A DNA stretch of 64,000 nucleotides from the NCBI GenBank assembly GCA_963801605.1, contig CAWDFP010000006.1, positions 1,855,959 through 1,919,958 on the forward strand, in the 5' to 3' direction. The translations under genes were made by a program, and so were the position numbers. Under the pieces are notes generated by a model that was given only the letters and a program-made list of their open reading frames with translations, made no database searches and was not told where the DNA came from. This stretch comes from an uncultured candidate division Zixibacteria bacterium. Lineage in GTDB: Bacteria > Zixibacteria > MSB-5A5 > UBA10806. This document shows, piece after piece, positions 21,116-32,525 of the stretch (position 1 is its first letter; each line of letters opens with the position of its first letter).

Positions 21116-23252
21116 ACTTAGCGGAATTTATCATCGCTGTTGAATCCTACAATGCCAATATCGATATCCCCTTGGTGCGCAAAGCCTATGAATTTTCTGA
21201 TCGCGCCCATGCCGGGCAATTCCGCGAATCTGGCGACCCTTTCGTAGAGCACTGTCTAAACGTGGCTTTTATCCTGGCTGAACAGCACATGGATTCCGCC
21301 ACTATTGCCGCCGGATTGATGCATGATGCTATCGAGGACGCCGGGGCTACTGTTGATGATATCAAGCGCGAGTTTGGCGACGAGATTGCCCAGCTTGTCG
21401 ACGGCCTGACCAAAATGTCCGAGCTCAAATTCAAGAGCTTGGCCGAGCAACAGGTTGAATATTTCCGCAAAATGCTTCTCTCGATGGCCAAGGATATTCA
21501 GGGTCATCGTAATAAAACTTGCCGACCGGCTGCATAATATGCGAACCCTGGCTCATCTTCCCGAAGAAAAAAGAAAGCGGATTGCTCTCGAAACCAGGGA
21601 AATCTATGCGCCTTTGGCCCACAGATTCGGTATGGCCAAGGTTCGACTGGAACTTGAGGATTTATCATTTAAATATCTCAATCCCAAAGAATATAATGAA
21701 ATTGAAAAGAAGATCACCGAAAGCCGGGATGATCGCGAAGCCTATATTAAGGATTTGTCCGTCCCCCTGAAATCTGCTCTTGAAAGCGCTAATATCAAAG
21801 CCGAAATCACCGGTAGGGCCAAACACTTTTATTCAATTTATAGAAAGATTGTAAATCGAGGAGTCCCTTTCGAGCAGATTTTTGATCTTTTGGCGATGAG
21901 AGTCGTCGTCGATACCATCACCGATTGCTATCACGCCCTTGGTATTATCCATACCATGTGGGCGCCGGTCTCGGATAGATTTCACGATTATATAGCCAAT
22001 CCCAAATCCAATATGTATCGCTCGCTGCATACAACCGTAATCGGCCCGCGCGGCAAAATGATCGAAATTCAAATTCGGACTCACGCCATGCACTATACCG
22101 CCGAATATGGAATCGCCGCGCACTGGTTATATAAAGAGGGGAAGAAAAGCCAGGGCGAACTCGACCGTCAAATGGCCTGGCTGCGCGAGATACTTGAATG
22201 GCAGCGTGAGATGACCAATCCTGAGGAGTTTATGGAATATCTCAAGGTTGATCTATTCCAGGAAGATATCTTTGTTTATACGCCTGCAGGCGAACTAAAA
22301 CAACTTCCCCGCGGCTCCACCTCTCTCGATTTTGCTTTTGCAGTGCATTCCGATGTCGGATTTCATTGTGTTGGGGCTAAGGTCAACGGCAAATTCGTAC
22401 CGCTCAATACCAGGCTCGAAAGCGGCGATGAAATCGAGATCAAAACCTCGCCCCATCAGACGCCCAGCCAGGATTGGTTGAAAATTGTCAAGACTACCCG
22501 TGCTAAAACTAAGATCAAACATTGGATCAAGCAAAAGGGATTCGAGCAATCTGTCTCCTCTGGGCAAAGAGATGTTTGAACGCGAGCTTAAGAAACGGCA
22601 TCTGGCAATACTTTCCGATAACGAGATGATTGATTTGGCAGCTATGAACGGCTTTACCGATTCGGACCAGATGCTTTCGGCTATCGGTTCGGGCTCAACA
22701 TCGCTTCAGACCATAATTAATAAGATCGCCCCGCCGCTGGAAAAGGATGAGCCCTCACTTGTAAAGCGTTTTATCGATCAGGCTCGCGGCACAGGCAAGG
22801 GTATCAGGGTTGCCGGCGTGGGAAATCTGATGTACCGATTTGCCTCCTGTTGTCAGCCCGTGCCCGGCGAAAAGATTATCGGTTTCGTAACCCGCGGCCG
22901 AGGCTTGTCGATTCACCGGGCCGACTGCCAGAACGCCGTCGCAATTCTCGAGGAACCGGAACGCCGGGTAGATGTAGAATGGGATGTTGAGAAAGGACAG
23001 TCATTCCTGGTCAGGCTTTATGCGTTGGTCAACGACAGAAAAAACATTCTCAAGGATATCACCGAGGCTATTGCCGATATCGATATCAATGTCAGAGGAG
23101 GAGAGATCGCGATGGGGCAATCTCCGGCGATCGGACATTTCGTTGTCGAAATTCAAAATTATAACCAACTTTCGAAAGCTCTCGAAAAAATTAGAAAGGT
23201 GAATGGCGTCCTTTCCGTAGACCGGGAAGTGACCGCGGATCATAAAAGCTGA
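21112..23252 (+). CDS. rel: Bifunctional (p)ppGpp synthetase/hydrolase RelA/SpoT (two +1 frameshifts near 21498 and 22560)
   Basis: HD domain (AHAGQFRESG, LMHDAIED, KLADRLHNMRTL), synthetase (GRAKHFYSI, YRSLHTTV, EIQIRT), TGS, CCQPVPG and ACT domains across three ORFs. Confidence 0.93.
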
Positions 23253-23256
23253 TATC

Positions 23257-23956
23257 ATGGAAAACGCTGTAAATTATCGTCACGTGATATATAACGAATT
23301 TTCAGAGTTGGGTTTTGTCGCGGGAGTAACTCAAAAAAGTTCATGGAGCGATCAAAACGATATATATCAATTTATCGAAAGGAAGCTCATTCCACCCGGT
23401 TTACAATTAATAATTCCCAAACAGGTGCACGGAGCGGATATTCTTCATCTCGACGAATAACTACGAAAATTCGGAGATAATCGCCGATGGTATCATTACT
23501 CACCGCACCGATATTTGCCTGAGTGTCACCACGGCCGATTGCCTTCCCGTGGTGCTGGCTGATTCCGAAAGCGGCTATTTTGCCGCCGTGCATGTTGGTT
23601 GGCGAAGCTTTGTCGGCGGGATTGTGGAAAATATTTTCCAGCAGGCGACCAAGCTTGGAATGCATCTGAATTCGACCCGCTTTTATCTTGGCCCCGGAAT
23701 AGCTGATTGCTGTTTCGAGGTTGGGCCGGAGGTTGCCATATTATTCGAGGATCAGTTTATAAATCGGCGCAATGAGTCCTTTTATGTTGATTTGAGAGGA
23801 GCTGTAGAGAGTAAATTAGAAGCCTTGGGGGCCGCTAAGGGCAATATCGCTAATCTCTCGGAATGCACAAGCTGTAAGAAGGAGTTATATTATTCCTATC
23901 GTCGGGATAAAGAAACGCCTCTTCAAATGGTGACATATATTTACAAATCCACGTAA
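23257..23956 (+). CDS. pgeF: Purine nucleoside phosphorylase/polyphenol oxidase family PgeF (YfiH), one frameshift near 23458
   Basis: KQVHG; after the shift ADGIIT...VTTADCLPV, VHVGWR, GPGIADCCFEVG, CTSC..YYSYRR. Confidence 0.88.
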
Positions 23957-24015
23957 CGACAACTGGTGAGAAAATCGTTGAAGAAGATTCATTCAATTTT
24001 AATAAAGGAGGAGGA

Positions 24016-24630
24016 ATGAAGAGAATTATTTTATCATTCGGCCTGGGAATTTTGTTTGGTTCCCCGGTATTTGCCCAGTATTCCGGCCAAATTTCGACAG
24101 CCGTTACAACGCCTGAAGGTGCATCGCGTGTAAGCGCCTATGCCGGTATCTATGACGGCGCACTGGGCATTTTGGGTCAATACCGATATGGAGTAAATCG
24201 CGATGTTGATTTTGGCGTAAAACTGGGCATATTGGATTTCGATAGTCCCATAAATGATGCCGGTATAGATCTGGCCGGGGATTTCAAATATCGACTTCTG
24301 CAACGGGATCTACGCGACCCATTCGATCTATCGCTCGGAGGCGCGGCAGACTTTATGGCTGTCAGCGGTCTTCATATTTTTTCAATCGGCTTTAATGCCA
24401 TTGGCTCCTATGATATAAAATTACATAGCGGGCATAACCTGGTTCCCTATGGCAGACTTAATCTTCGTGTCCAGCGTGAAAGCCCGGAAAGGGGAGACTC
24501 TAACACCGATTTCGAAATTGGACTAAATTTGGGTACATCCTTCGAATTGTCCAAAAGCACCAGGGCTTTCGGCGAATTTCAATTCGATGATCCCTTCGCA
24601 TTCTATTTCGGTTTCGATTTTGATATCTAA
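24016..24630 (+). CDS. Outer-membrane beta-barrel protein
   Basis: Signal peptide, alternating amphipathic strands, aromatic C-terminus FYFGFDFDI. Confidence 0.7.
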   Translation: MKRIILSFGLGILFGSPVFAQYSGQISTAVTTPEGASRVSAYAGIYDGALGILGQYRYGVNRDVDFGVKLGILDFDSPINDAGIDLAGDFKYRLLQRDLRDPFDLSLGGAADFMAVSGLHIFSIGFNAIGSYDIKLHSGHNLVPYGRLNLRVQRESPERGDSNTDFEIGLNLGTSFELSKSTRAFGEFQFDDPFAFYFGFDFDI

Positions 24631-24657
24631 GAATGAAACAGTAAAGGATTCGACAGT

Positions 24658-25455
24658 ATGACTTTTTGGGATAGTATCATCCTGGGATTAATTCAGGGAC
24701 TAACGGAGTTTCTGCCCGTTTCATCATCGGGCCATCTTGTATATGGCGAACGGCTTCTCAAAATAAGTAAGGGGGACGTCGTCTTTGAGGTAATGGTGCA
24801 TGTCGGGACCCTGGTAGCGGTGCTGTTCTTTTTTAGAAAACGGATCGCTGCCATAATCCTGGCCATCCTTTCGATCTGGAAAAGGGATAAAACTCCTGAA
24901 CAACTGGAAAATCTGAAGCTTGCCTGGTATTTAATTCTGGGCACAATTCCGGCAGTTATATTCGGATTTTTATTCAAGGATTTTCTTGAAAAATCATTCA
25001 ATTCCATACGATGGACCTCGATTGAATTCATAATCAACGGAGTTATACTAATCGCCACGATTTGGGCTGTAGACAGGTCCCGCCGCATCAATAACTGGAA
25101 CACGTTATTTATGGGGACAGCGCAGGCAATCGCCATAATACCGGCGATTTCGCGTTCGGGAAGCACCATCGCGGCGGGTATGTTTTCGGGAATCTCGAAG
25201 GAAAAAGTGGCTGAGTTTTCCTTTCTTCTTTCTATTCCCGCAATTGGAGGCGCCGCCATCTTGGAAATTCCCGAATTCCTTAAAGTATCGTCGTCAGTTT
25301 CCACCATGCATATCTACCTATTGGGGACTTTGATATCCGCTGTTGTCGGATATTTGTCCATCGCATTCCTGATTTCCGTTATTAAGAAAGGGAAATTCTT
25401 CTATTTCGGTTTATACTGCCTGGCGCTCGGTATCCTGGGGCTTCTCTTCTTGTGA
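24658..25455 (+). CDS. uppP: Undecaprenyl-diphosphate phosphatase
   Basis: GLIQGLTEFLPVSSSGHL, AISRSGSTI, AEFSFLLSIP. Confidence 0.96.
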   Translation: MTFWDSIILGLIQGLTEFLPVSSSGHLVYGERLLKISKGDVVFEVMVHVGTLVAVLFFFRKRIAAIILAILSIWKRDKTPEQLENLKLAWYLILGTIPAVIFGFLFKDFLEKSFNSIRWTSIEFIINGVILIATIWAVDRSRRINNWNTLFMGTAQAIAIIPAISRSGSTIAAGMFSGISKEKVAEFSFLLSIPAIGGAAILEIPEFLKVSSSVSTMHIYLLGTLISAVVGYLSIAFLISVIKKGKFFYFGLYCLALGILGLLFL

Positions 25456-26450
25456 AAGAGCCGTCAAAAATCCTGGTATTTCGTCAGAGTTCATTGGGCG
25501 ATGTCATCCTGACATTGCCCGTGCTCGATCGTTTGAAAGAGGCTTATCCTGAAAGCCATATAGATTATCTCACCAAAACAGCCTATTTACCGATAGTCCA
25601 ATTTCACCCCGCTATTTCAAATGCTTTTAGTTTCGATAAAGAGCATCCGTTTTCCAAAGTCGTCTCCGGTTTAAGACCCGACAGATATGATCTCATAATT
25701 GATTTACAGGCCAATATGAGATCATTTGCTCTTAGCTTGATGCTTTCATCGGCTCACTTCCTGCGATATCGGAAACGTCGACTGAGACGAGAAATGGTGG
25801 TCCGGCGGTCTCGCTTGAAGCTCTCGGTTGAACATACGGTTGACGCCTATTTTGCTGCCCTGCGTCCTCTTGGAATAGATGCTCGGATGACACCTCCGGT
25901 AATTGGGCTGCCTCAGGAAGCCTACCAGTTTGCTGATAATTTCATTTCGAAGCTGCCGCCCGTTCGCCATATCGTCGCTTTTTGTCCGGGAGCCAGGCAT
26001 TTTGAGAAGCGTTGGCCCGCGGAGTCATATAAGAAAGTCGCAGAATCGCTTCTCAATGATCCTGACTACGCCATCATCGTTTTCAGCGCGAATGATGACG
26101 ATTTCCCTCCCGACTTTGGTATAGCGCATCCCAGACTCCTCGCGGCCAAAAACCTGGGCTTACTTGATGCCGCCGCGTTGCTTTCCCGATGCAAGGTTGC
26201 ATTGACAAACGATTCCGGCTTGATGCATCTGGCAAATTCTGCCGGCACGCCTGTATTGGCGATTTTCGGACCAACGAATCCTCGGCTTGGGTTCGCTCCG
26301 ACCCTGCCAGGTTCACAAATCATCTGTGATGATGTCGATTGCTCGCCATGCAGTGTTCATGGCCAACGTCCATGTTATCAGCCGGCGAAGTTCTGTTTTG
26401 AAAAGATAACCCCTGAGCGAGTGACTTCTGAACTCCAAAAGATGATTTAA
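25452..26450 (+). CDS. Glycosyltransferase family 9 (heptosyltransferase II-like)
   Basis: SSLGDVIL, PGARHFEKRWP, TNDSGLMHLA, IFGPT, CSPCSVHG..C. Confidence 0.9.
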   Translation: MKEPSKILVFRQSSLGDVILTLPVLDRLKEAYPESHIDYLTKTAYLPIVQFHPAISNAFSFDKEHPFSKVVSGLRPDRYDLIIDLQANMRSFALSLMLSSAHFLRYRKRRLRREMVVRRSRLKLSVEHTVDAYFAALRPLGIDARMTPPVIGLPQEAYQFADNFISKLPPVRHIVAFCPGARHFEKRWPAESYKKVAESLLNDPDYAIIVFSANDDDFPPDFGIAHPRLLAAKNLGLLDAAALLSRCKVALTNDSGLMHLANSAGTPVLAIFGPTNPRLGFAPTLPGSQIICDDVDCSPCSVHGQRPCYQPAKFCFEKITPERVTSELQKMI

Positions 26451-26564
26451 CGCATATCATATTTTTCCCTTAATGAAAACTTTTTATTAAGGTCAATAAT
26501 TGATAAATTTAAGTCCCTATAGTTCGATTGCGTTTTTGCCGTAAAATTGCTATTTTGCAATTAA

Positions 26565-27557
26565 ATGCAAAAGATAGAAGCCAGATATTACGAAAAACGT
26601 GATGATGATTATGTACTGTGTCATCTATGTCCGGCAAACTGCCATATTGCACCCGGAAAACAGGGTATCTGCATGATTCGCTCCAATGAGGGCGGCACTT
26701 TATACGCATCCGAATATGGCAATACAATCGCCACCAATATCGACCCGATCGAAAAAAAGCCGCTCTATCATTTTAAGCCGGGAAGTCGTATTCTTTCGGT
26801 AGGACCCAACGGCTGTAATTTTGCCTGTGTTTTCTGCCAGAATTGGAGTATCTCTCAGGAGAAAGCCTCAACGCGCTATATATCGCCTGAAGAATTAGTT
26901 AAACTGGCGCGCACAAGTGGTTCAGTGGGAGTAGCTTACACTTATACGGAACCGCTCATTTGGTTTGAATATCTTATCGATAGCGCCAGGCTGCTCAGAG
27001 CAGCGGGATTATCAGTGGTTTTGGTTACCAACGGCTATATTAACGAGGAACCGGCCCGTGAGCTGTTCCCGTTAATCGATGCCGCCAATATCGATCTTAA
27101 ATCGATCCGACCGGAATTTTACCGCAAAGTCTGTAAGGGTAAACTTCCCGATGTAGAGCGCACCATAAAATTGGCGTTAGAAATGGGAATTCATGTCGAG
27201 CTTACCAATTTGCTCATTCCCAAAATGAATGATTCTGATGATGAGATTAGAGAGCTTGTCGATTGGGCTGGTTCTATAAATCCCAAAATTCCACTGCATA
27301 TCTCACGTTATTTTCCGAACTACAAGCTTGATAATCCGGTTACGCCCGAAGAGCGGCTAATTTATGCTTACAATGAAGCCAAAAAGAAGCTAAAATATGT
27401 TTACGTAGGCAACGTTCTGGGGTTGGGCTCAAGTGACACGTTTTGCCAGAATTGTGGAACGACCCTTGTGGAAAGAAACGGTTACAATATAAGATTAGTC
27501 AATTTGGATGGAAACAAATGCACGAAATGTGGTAGCATTAGCGATATCGTGATTTAA
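26565..27557 (+). CDS. amrS: AmmeMemoRadiSam system radical SAM enzyme
   Basis: CHLCPANC, DPIEKKPLYHF, GCNFACVFCQNWSISQ (CX3CX2C), AYTYTEP, YVYVGNV. Confidence 0.92.
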   Translation: MQKIEARYYEKRDDDYVLCHLCPANCHIAPGKQGICMIRSNEGGTLYASEYGNTIATNIDPIEKKPLYHFKPGSRILSVGPNGCNFACVFCQNWSISQEKASTRYISPEELVKLARTSGSVGVAYTYTEPLIWFEYLIDSARLLRAAGLSVVLVTNGYINEEPARELFPLIDAANIDLKSIRPEFYRKVCKGKLPDVERTIKLALEMGIHVELTNLLIPKMNDSDDEIRELVDWAGSINPKIPLHISRYFPNYKLDNPVTPEERLIYAYNEAKKKLKYVYVGNVLGLGSSDTFCQNCGTTLVERNGYNIRLVNLDGNKCTKCGSISDIVI

Positions 27558-27576
27558 TTTTGAAAAGGATTGAGAT

Positions 27577-28791
27577 ATGGGATTAACGCAGGAGGCCCGT
27601 GTGTGGCAACTTTCGCAAAGGGCAGTTGAGGTCCAGGCATCACCTATAAGGAAATTGGTGCCTTATGCCGATGAGGCCCGCAAAAGAGGAATTCATGTAT
27701 ATCATCTCAATATTGGCCAGCCTGATATTGAAACGCCTCCGGAATTCTGGGACGCGGTAAAAAACTATCAGCAAAAAGTTCTGGCTTATGGACATTCGCA
27801 GGGGTTGGCGTCATATCTTCATGCTCTTTCGGGCTATTACCATCAGTGCGGATTGAATATTGCCCCTAACGAGATTGTGGTTACTACCGGTGGCTCTGAG
27901 GCTATCGTCTTCGCGTTTACATTGATTTGTGAGCCGGGGGAGAAGATCATCGTATTCGAACCGTTTTACACCAACTATAATGGCTTTGCAACGATGGCGT
28001 CGATTCAGCTCTTGCCGCTGGAAACTAAGGCCGAGGATGGTTTCCATTTACCGCCGCGCGAGGTTATCGAGGCGGCAATTGACGATGATGTCAAAGGGAT
28101 AATCGTTTGTAATCCCAACAATCCGACTGGCACTCTTTTTTCCTATGAAGAAATGGAAATGCTGGCAGATATTGCTCGTGAAAATGGTTTATTTATTCTA
28201 TCCGATGAAGTTTACCGCGAATTTGTGTACGAGGGCACTCACACCTCGATATTTGATATACCCAATGTCGATGAGTTTGCAATTATGCTCGATTCGATCA
28301 GTAAACGTTATTCGGCTTGCGGCGCTCGCGTTGGCTGTCTCGTAACCAAGAATCGCGAATTGCATCAAGCGGCGGTGAAATTCGGACAGGCCAGGCTTTG
28401 CCCGCCAACGCTGGAGCAGGTCGGCGCCGAGGCTGCGCTGAAGCTTGGTTCTCCCTATTTCCAAAAGGTGATGGCTGAGTATCGCAAAAGGCGTGACATT
28501 GTATATGAAGGATTGATGGCTATTAAGGGCACAGTCTGTGTGAAGCCCGCTGGAGCCTTTTATGCGATGGCCAAGCTGCCTATATCGGATTCAGAGGAGT
28601 TTGCCAAATTCATGTTATCGAAATTCTCGTATCAGAATAAAACCGTAATGGTAGCGCCGGGACCCGGTTTCTACGCATCTTCGGATAAGGGCAGCGATGA
28701 ATGCCGAATTGCCTATGTGTTGAATACGGAATCACTTCGTGACGCCATGATGATTTTGAAATTGGGCGTGGAGGCGTTTAATAGCCGATGA
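27577..28791 (+). CDS. Class I/II PLP-dependent aminotransferase (aspartate aminotransferase-like)
   Basis: LNIGQPD, CNPNNPTG, SDEVYREF, DSISKRYSACGARVG. Confidence 0.93.
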   Translation: MGLTQEARVWQLSQRAVEVQASPIRKLVPYADEARKRGIHVYHLNIGQPDIETPPEFWDAVKNYQQKVLAYGHSQGLASYLHALSGYYHQCGLNIAPNEIVVTTGGSEAIVFAFTLICEPGEKIIVFEPFYTNYNGFATMASIQLLPLETKAEDGFHLPPREVIEAAIDDDVKGIIVCNPNNPTGTLFSYEEMEMLADIARENGLFILSDEVYREFVYEGTHTSIFDIPNVDEFAIMLDSISKRYSACGARVGCLVTKNRELHQAAVKFGQARLCPPTLEQVGAEAALKLGSPYFQKVMAEYRKRRDIVYEGLMAIKGTVCVKPAGAFYAMAKLPISDSEEFAKFMLSKFSYQNKTVMVAPGPGFYASSDKGSDECRIAYVLNTESLRDAMMILKLGVEAFNSR

Positions 28792-29732
28792 AAAATTTCT
28801 ACGGAGGTATTGATCTCGGTGGAAGCTTTATAAAAGCGGGACTACTTTCCAGCGAAGGGGAGCCGGTCGCAAATCTGATTGTACCGTCCAGGATTGAGGA
28901 CGGTATTTCAGCCGTGAAGGCTAACCTGCGCGAAATGGGTAATAAGCTTAACGAACTGGCCCATCAATATCAAGGAGAACTCGCAGGAATTGGAGTCGGC
29001 AGCCCCGGGACGATTAAATATCCCGAGGGTATCGTAACTGATGCATCCCCAAATATTCCCGGATGGACTGGTACTAATATCAGCGCGATATTTTCTGATT
29101 TTCGCTGCAAAGTATCTGCTGACAACGATGCTAACTGCATGGGGCTGGCCGAGGCGCTTTTCGGAGCAGGCAAGGGGACATCAAACGGCTTTTATTTAAC
29201 TGTCGGCACTGGGATCGGCGGAGCAATCGTTATAAATGGCGCTCTTAATCGAGGCGCCAGTTACTGCGCAGGGGAATTCGGCCATACGGTATTTGTTTAT
29301 AATGGGATGCTATGCAAGACCGGACGGCGAGGCTGCCTCGAACAATATGTTAACTCTTCAGCTATCGTAAAAGCGGCTCTCGGTCAAATTAAAATTCGCC
29401 CCGAAACATCTCTATCAAAGATTCCTGATCTAATTACTCCCAGGCAGATTTTCGAGGCTTTCAATCAGGGCGATCAAGTGGCTCGGGAAATTGTGGCTGA
29501 GAATGCATCCATGCTGGGAACCGCCATCGGATCAGTAGTCAATCTTCTCAATCCGGAGATTGTGGTTATTGGCGGGGGGATGGCGCTCGGAGGAGAGAAG
29601 TATATCGATCTCATTAGAAAAGCTATCTTTAATTTTGCATTTAAATCAACGACGTCGAGTCTGAGAGTGGAGGTTGCGAAATTTGGCAATGAAGCCGGCT
29701 GGATCGGCGCCGCTTGCCTCAATATCGGCTGA
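28788..29732 (+). CDS. ROK family sugar kinase
   Basis: GIDLGGS, GVGSPG, DNDANC, GTGIGG, AGEFGH...C..G.RGCLE. Confidence 0.92.
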   Translation: MKNFYGGIDLGGSFIKAGLLSSEGEPVANLIVPSRIEDGISAVKANLREMGNKLNELAHQYQGELAGIGVGSPGTIKYPEGIVTDASPNIPGWTGTNISAIFSDFRCKVSADNDANCMGLAEALFGAGKGTSNGFYLTVGTGIGGAIVINGALNRGASYCAGEFGHTVFVYNGMLCKTGRRGCLEQYVNSSAIVKAALGQIKIRPETSLSKIPDLITPRQIFEAFNQGDQVAREIVAENASMLGTAIGSVVNLLNPEIVVIGGGMALGGEKYIDLIRKAIFNFAFKSTTSSLRVEVAKFGNEAGWIGAACLNIG

Positions 29733-31130
29733 AGATCATACAGTACAGAGTGGCAATCGCAAATGGTGGATTCTCTCGGTTTCCGCAATGGGAGTTTTTC
29801 TTTCTACTCTCGATGCCTCGATTGTTAATATAGCTCTTCCCACAATTAGCGATCATTTTGGAACCTCGGTTCAATCAACCGCCTGGGTGACTATCAGCTA
29901 TCTTCTGGTGATCACCGCCATGCTTCTCATTTTCGGACGGTTATCCGATTTATACGGGCAAAAACTGATATTTACCGGCGGCCTGCTGGTTTTTACTCTC
30001 GGAAGCGGGCTGTGCGCCTGCGGCGACGAATATCTACAATGCTGGTGTTGTTTCGTTCGCTTCAAGGCGTCGGGGCGGCTATGATCGTCTCAAACACATC
30101 AGCGATTGTAACAAACGCTTTTCCACCGGAGCAACGCGGCACAGCGCTGGGTACAATCGGAGCCGTGGTTTCGATTGGACTTATGTCAGGGCCTCCGCTC
30201 GGCGGGTTTTTGATTCACTACCTCGGATGGCATTATATCTTCCTTGTTAACGTGCCTATTGGTGTTGTTGCGGTTATTCTAACTCTAAAAATCCTCCCCG
30301 AACATAAGGCGGATAAGGATGCCAGAATTTTTCATCCATTTGATTCTCTTCTTTGGGTAGCAGGCGTGCTGGCTCTCGTGATGGCCTTCCGGGCGTCGGG
30401 AACGTTTGGTGCAATTGTGCGAGATATTTTTATTTATGTAGTAATCTGTCTGTTAATTTTGACTTTTTTTATCCAACGGCAAAAGCGGTCCGAATCGCCC
30501 CTGTTCAATCCCAAATTTCTAAAAAACGATATATTCGTTTTCGCGTCTATCGCAGGCTTTTTCTCCTATATGGCAATGATTGCCCTAAGCTTTATGCTGC
30601 CTTACCTCTTGGAACATACATTTGGCAAAACTCCGCTCGATACCGGAACGATTCTGGTGGTCATTCCGGCTACTACCGTATTCGCGTCGCCAATTTCCGG
30701 AATACTTTCCGACAAATTTGGGCAACGGCCCATCGCCAGCCTGGGGACCCTTGTTACTACGTTAGCAATTATATCCATGTTATTTATCGCTCCGAATGTC
30801 CCCATGTGGCATTTAGTGATAGGTTTGGTCGCGTTTGGTATTGGACTTGGAATGTTTGGTTCGCCAAACAATTCAGCTTTGATGGGATCTGTCGATTATA
30901 AGGATAGAGGATCGGCTGGAGGAGTATTGGCGACGGTTAGAAATCTTGGAATGGTTACCGGACTGGGAATTATCAGCATTATTTATAACGCTGCTCTAAG
31001 CAACGCCGCCAATCTTAACGACGTTGAATCTTATGCTCGGGCTTTCAGGATTTCTCTCCCGGTGGTCATTGCATTTTCGCTGGTGGCTCTGGTGTTTTCC
31101 GCCTTGCGACGATCGGTTGCGCGGAACTAG
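29689..31130 (+). CDS. MFS transporter, DHA2/EmrB-QacA type (frameshift near 30030; start uncertain)
   Basis: FLSTLDASIVNIALPTI, FGRLSDLYG (ORF 29674), continuing FRSLQGVGAA...GPPLGG...WHYIFLVNVPIG (ORF 30012). Confidence 0.88.
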
Positions 31131-31335
31131 AGATTGATATTTTGAAAAATGATAATGGATACGATAACAAAGGTCCAGATTGCTTTAACGGTATCAGCTA
31201 AATTATTTTTTACGTTTCAAACGAATTAGTGTTTGATTTTTTATTTCCCTCACGTATTTTGAAATAGCGGGGGCATTGAGAATTAAAAACTGGATTGAGC
31301 CAGAGGAGATTTCCAGACAAGCTGGAGACGACAAT

Positions 31336-31878
31336 ATGTACGAAAAAATTTATGTTGTGCCTCTCGACGAAAACAGCAGGCCGTTCGCGGAATGGCTGGG
31401 GCAATCGCTTTCACGAAAAATGGGATTTCGGCTTCAATCAGGTATTGTTTCCCGTTTGCCTGAGGAGGCTTACAACGCGGGCAGCAATCAGTATTACGCT
31501 GTTCCCATCCTCGCCAAGCTCGAGCTTCTCAAGGGCGCTGAGGACGAGATAATCCTGGCTATCACAGATGAGGATTTATTCATTCCCAATCATAACTTTG
31601 TTTTTGGTCAAGCCAATTCGGTCGGCAAGACCGCTATAGTATCTATTGCTAGACTCAAGCCGGAGTATTACGGTTTGCCTGAAGACGAGGAGTTGCTCAG
31701 GTCTCGATTGCTGGCATCGGCCTTACATGAGCTTGGACATCTTCTTGGTTTGAAAAATTGCTCCAACGATTGCGTCATGCGTGCCATTCGCAACGTGAAC
31801 GAACTCGATCATCGGGCAGAGGGTTTCTGCCCAAGTTGCCTGCTCAACCTGACTCTTCCGACTAAAGTCAAGATTTGA
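31336..31878 (+). CDS. Archaemetzincin (peptidase M54)-like protein
   Basis: AITDEDLF...NFVFGQA, HELGHLLGLKNCSNDCVM, FCPSC. Start MYEKI after a GGAG RBS. Confidence 0.82.
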   Translation: MYEKIYVVPLDENSRPFAEWLGQSLSRKMGFRLQSGIVSRLPEEAYNAGSNQYYAVPILAKLELLKGAEDEIILAITDEDLFIPNHNFVFGQANSVGKTAIVSIARLKPEYYGLPEDEELLRSRLLASALHELGHLLGLKNCSNDCVMRAIRNVNELDHRAEGFCPSCLLNLTLPTKVKI

Positions 31879-31957
31879 CAATTTAAGGCGCTTGCCTTAA
31901 CGATTTATATTCAGTAATATTCCGCCGTAACAGGCGGATTATTATTTTGAGGACTCT

Positions 31958-32473
31958 ACGATTATTATTAAAGATGAAATAATTATAGTCGGCGATATTC
32001 CGGCCATTTGGAACGGCCTCACAGATATCAGCCGATGGAGTCGCTGGTCAAAGCTTGTTAAACGGGCTGCTATCTACGGGCATGTCAAAACTGGAACTGA
32101 GTTCAAATGCCTGATTCGTAAATGGGATTTTGACGGCGTTATTTATGAAGCAATTCCGACAAAGAGTTTCATTTTCGAGACGAAATCAGTCGGTCTTCAT
32201 CTTCGCTTTTCATGGGAAATAGATAAGTTGACAAATGGGACGAAGGTATCATCAACGATAAATGCAGCGGGGTGGATTGCTATCTTATTCAGGCGACGGG
32301 TTGAGCGAACGCTGACGGATGATCTTTTTGCCTGGCTCTATGCTCTCAAAACTTCACTCGAAAGAGGTCAGTCTACCGACGATGAACCCAAAAACCACTT
32401 AAAGCCGAAGAAACGGTTCACCCCGCCTGGCCCGTTAAATTTCTTTTTCAGACGGGATAAACAGGGCGAATAA
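31958..32473 (+). CDS. SRPBCC/polyketide-cyclase-like protein with non-canonical start
   Basis: Frame is open from 31931 to 32473: IIIKDEIIIVGDIPAIWNGLTDISRWSRWSKLV...FSWEIDKLTNGTKV...WLYALKTSLE. GAGGA RBS at 31949 is followed by ACG/ATT codons. Confidence 0.7.
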   Translation, partial: TIIIKDEIIIVGDIPAIWNGLTDISRWSRWSKLVKRAAIYGHVKTGTEFKCLIRKWDFDGVIYEAIPTKSFIFETKSVGLHLRFSWEIDKLTNGTKVSSTINAAGWIAILFRRRVERTLTDDLFAWLYALKTSLERGQSTDDEPKNHLKPKKRFTPPGPLNFFFRRDKQGE

Positions 32474-32525
32474 ATCGGCTGTCGGTTTTATTATTCTCGA
32501 AGATTACTTTTTATAGAGTTTGAAA

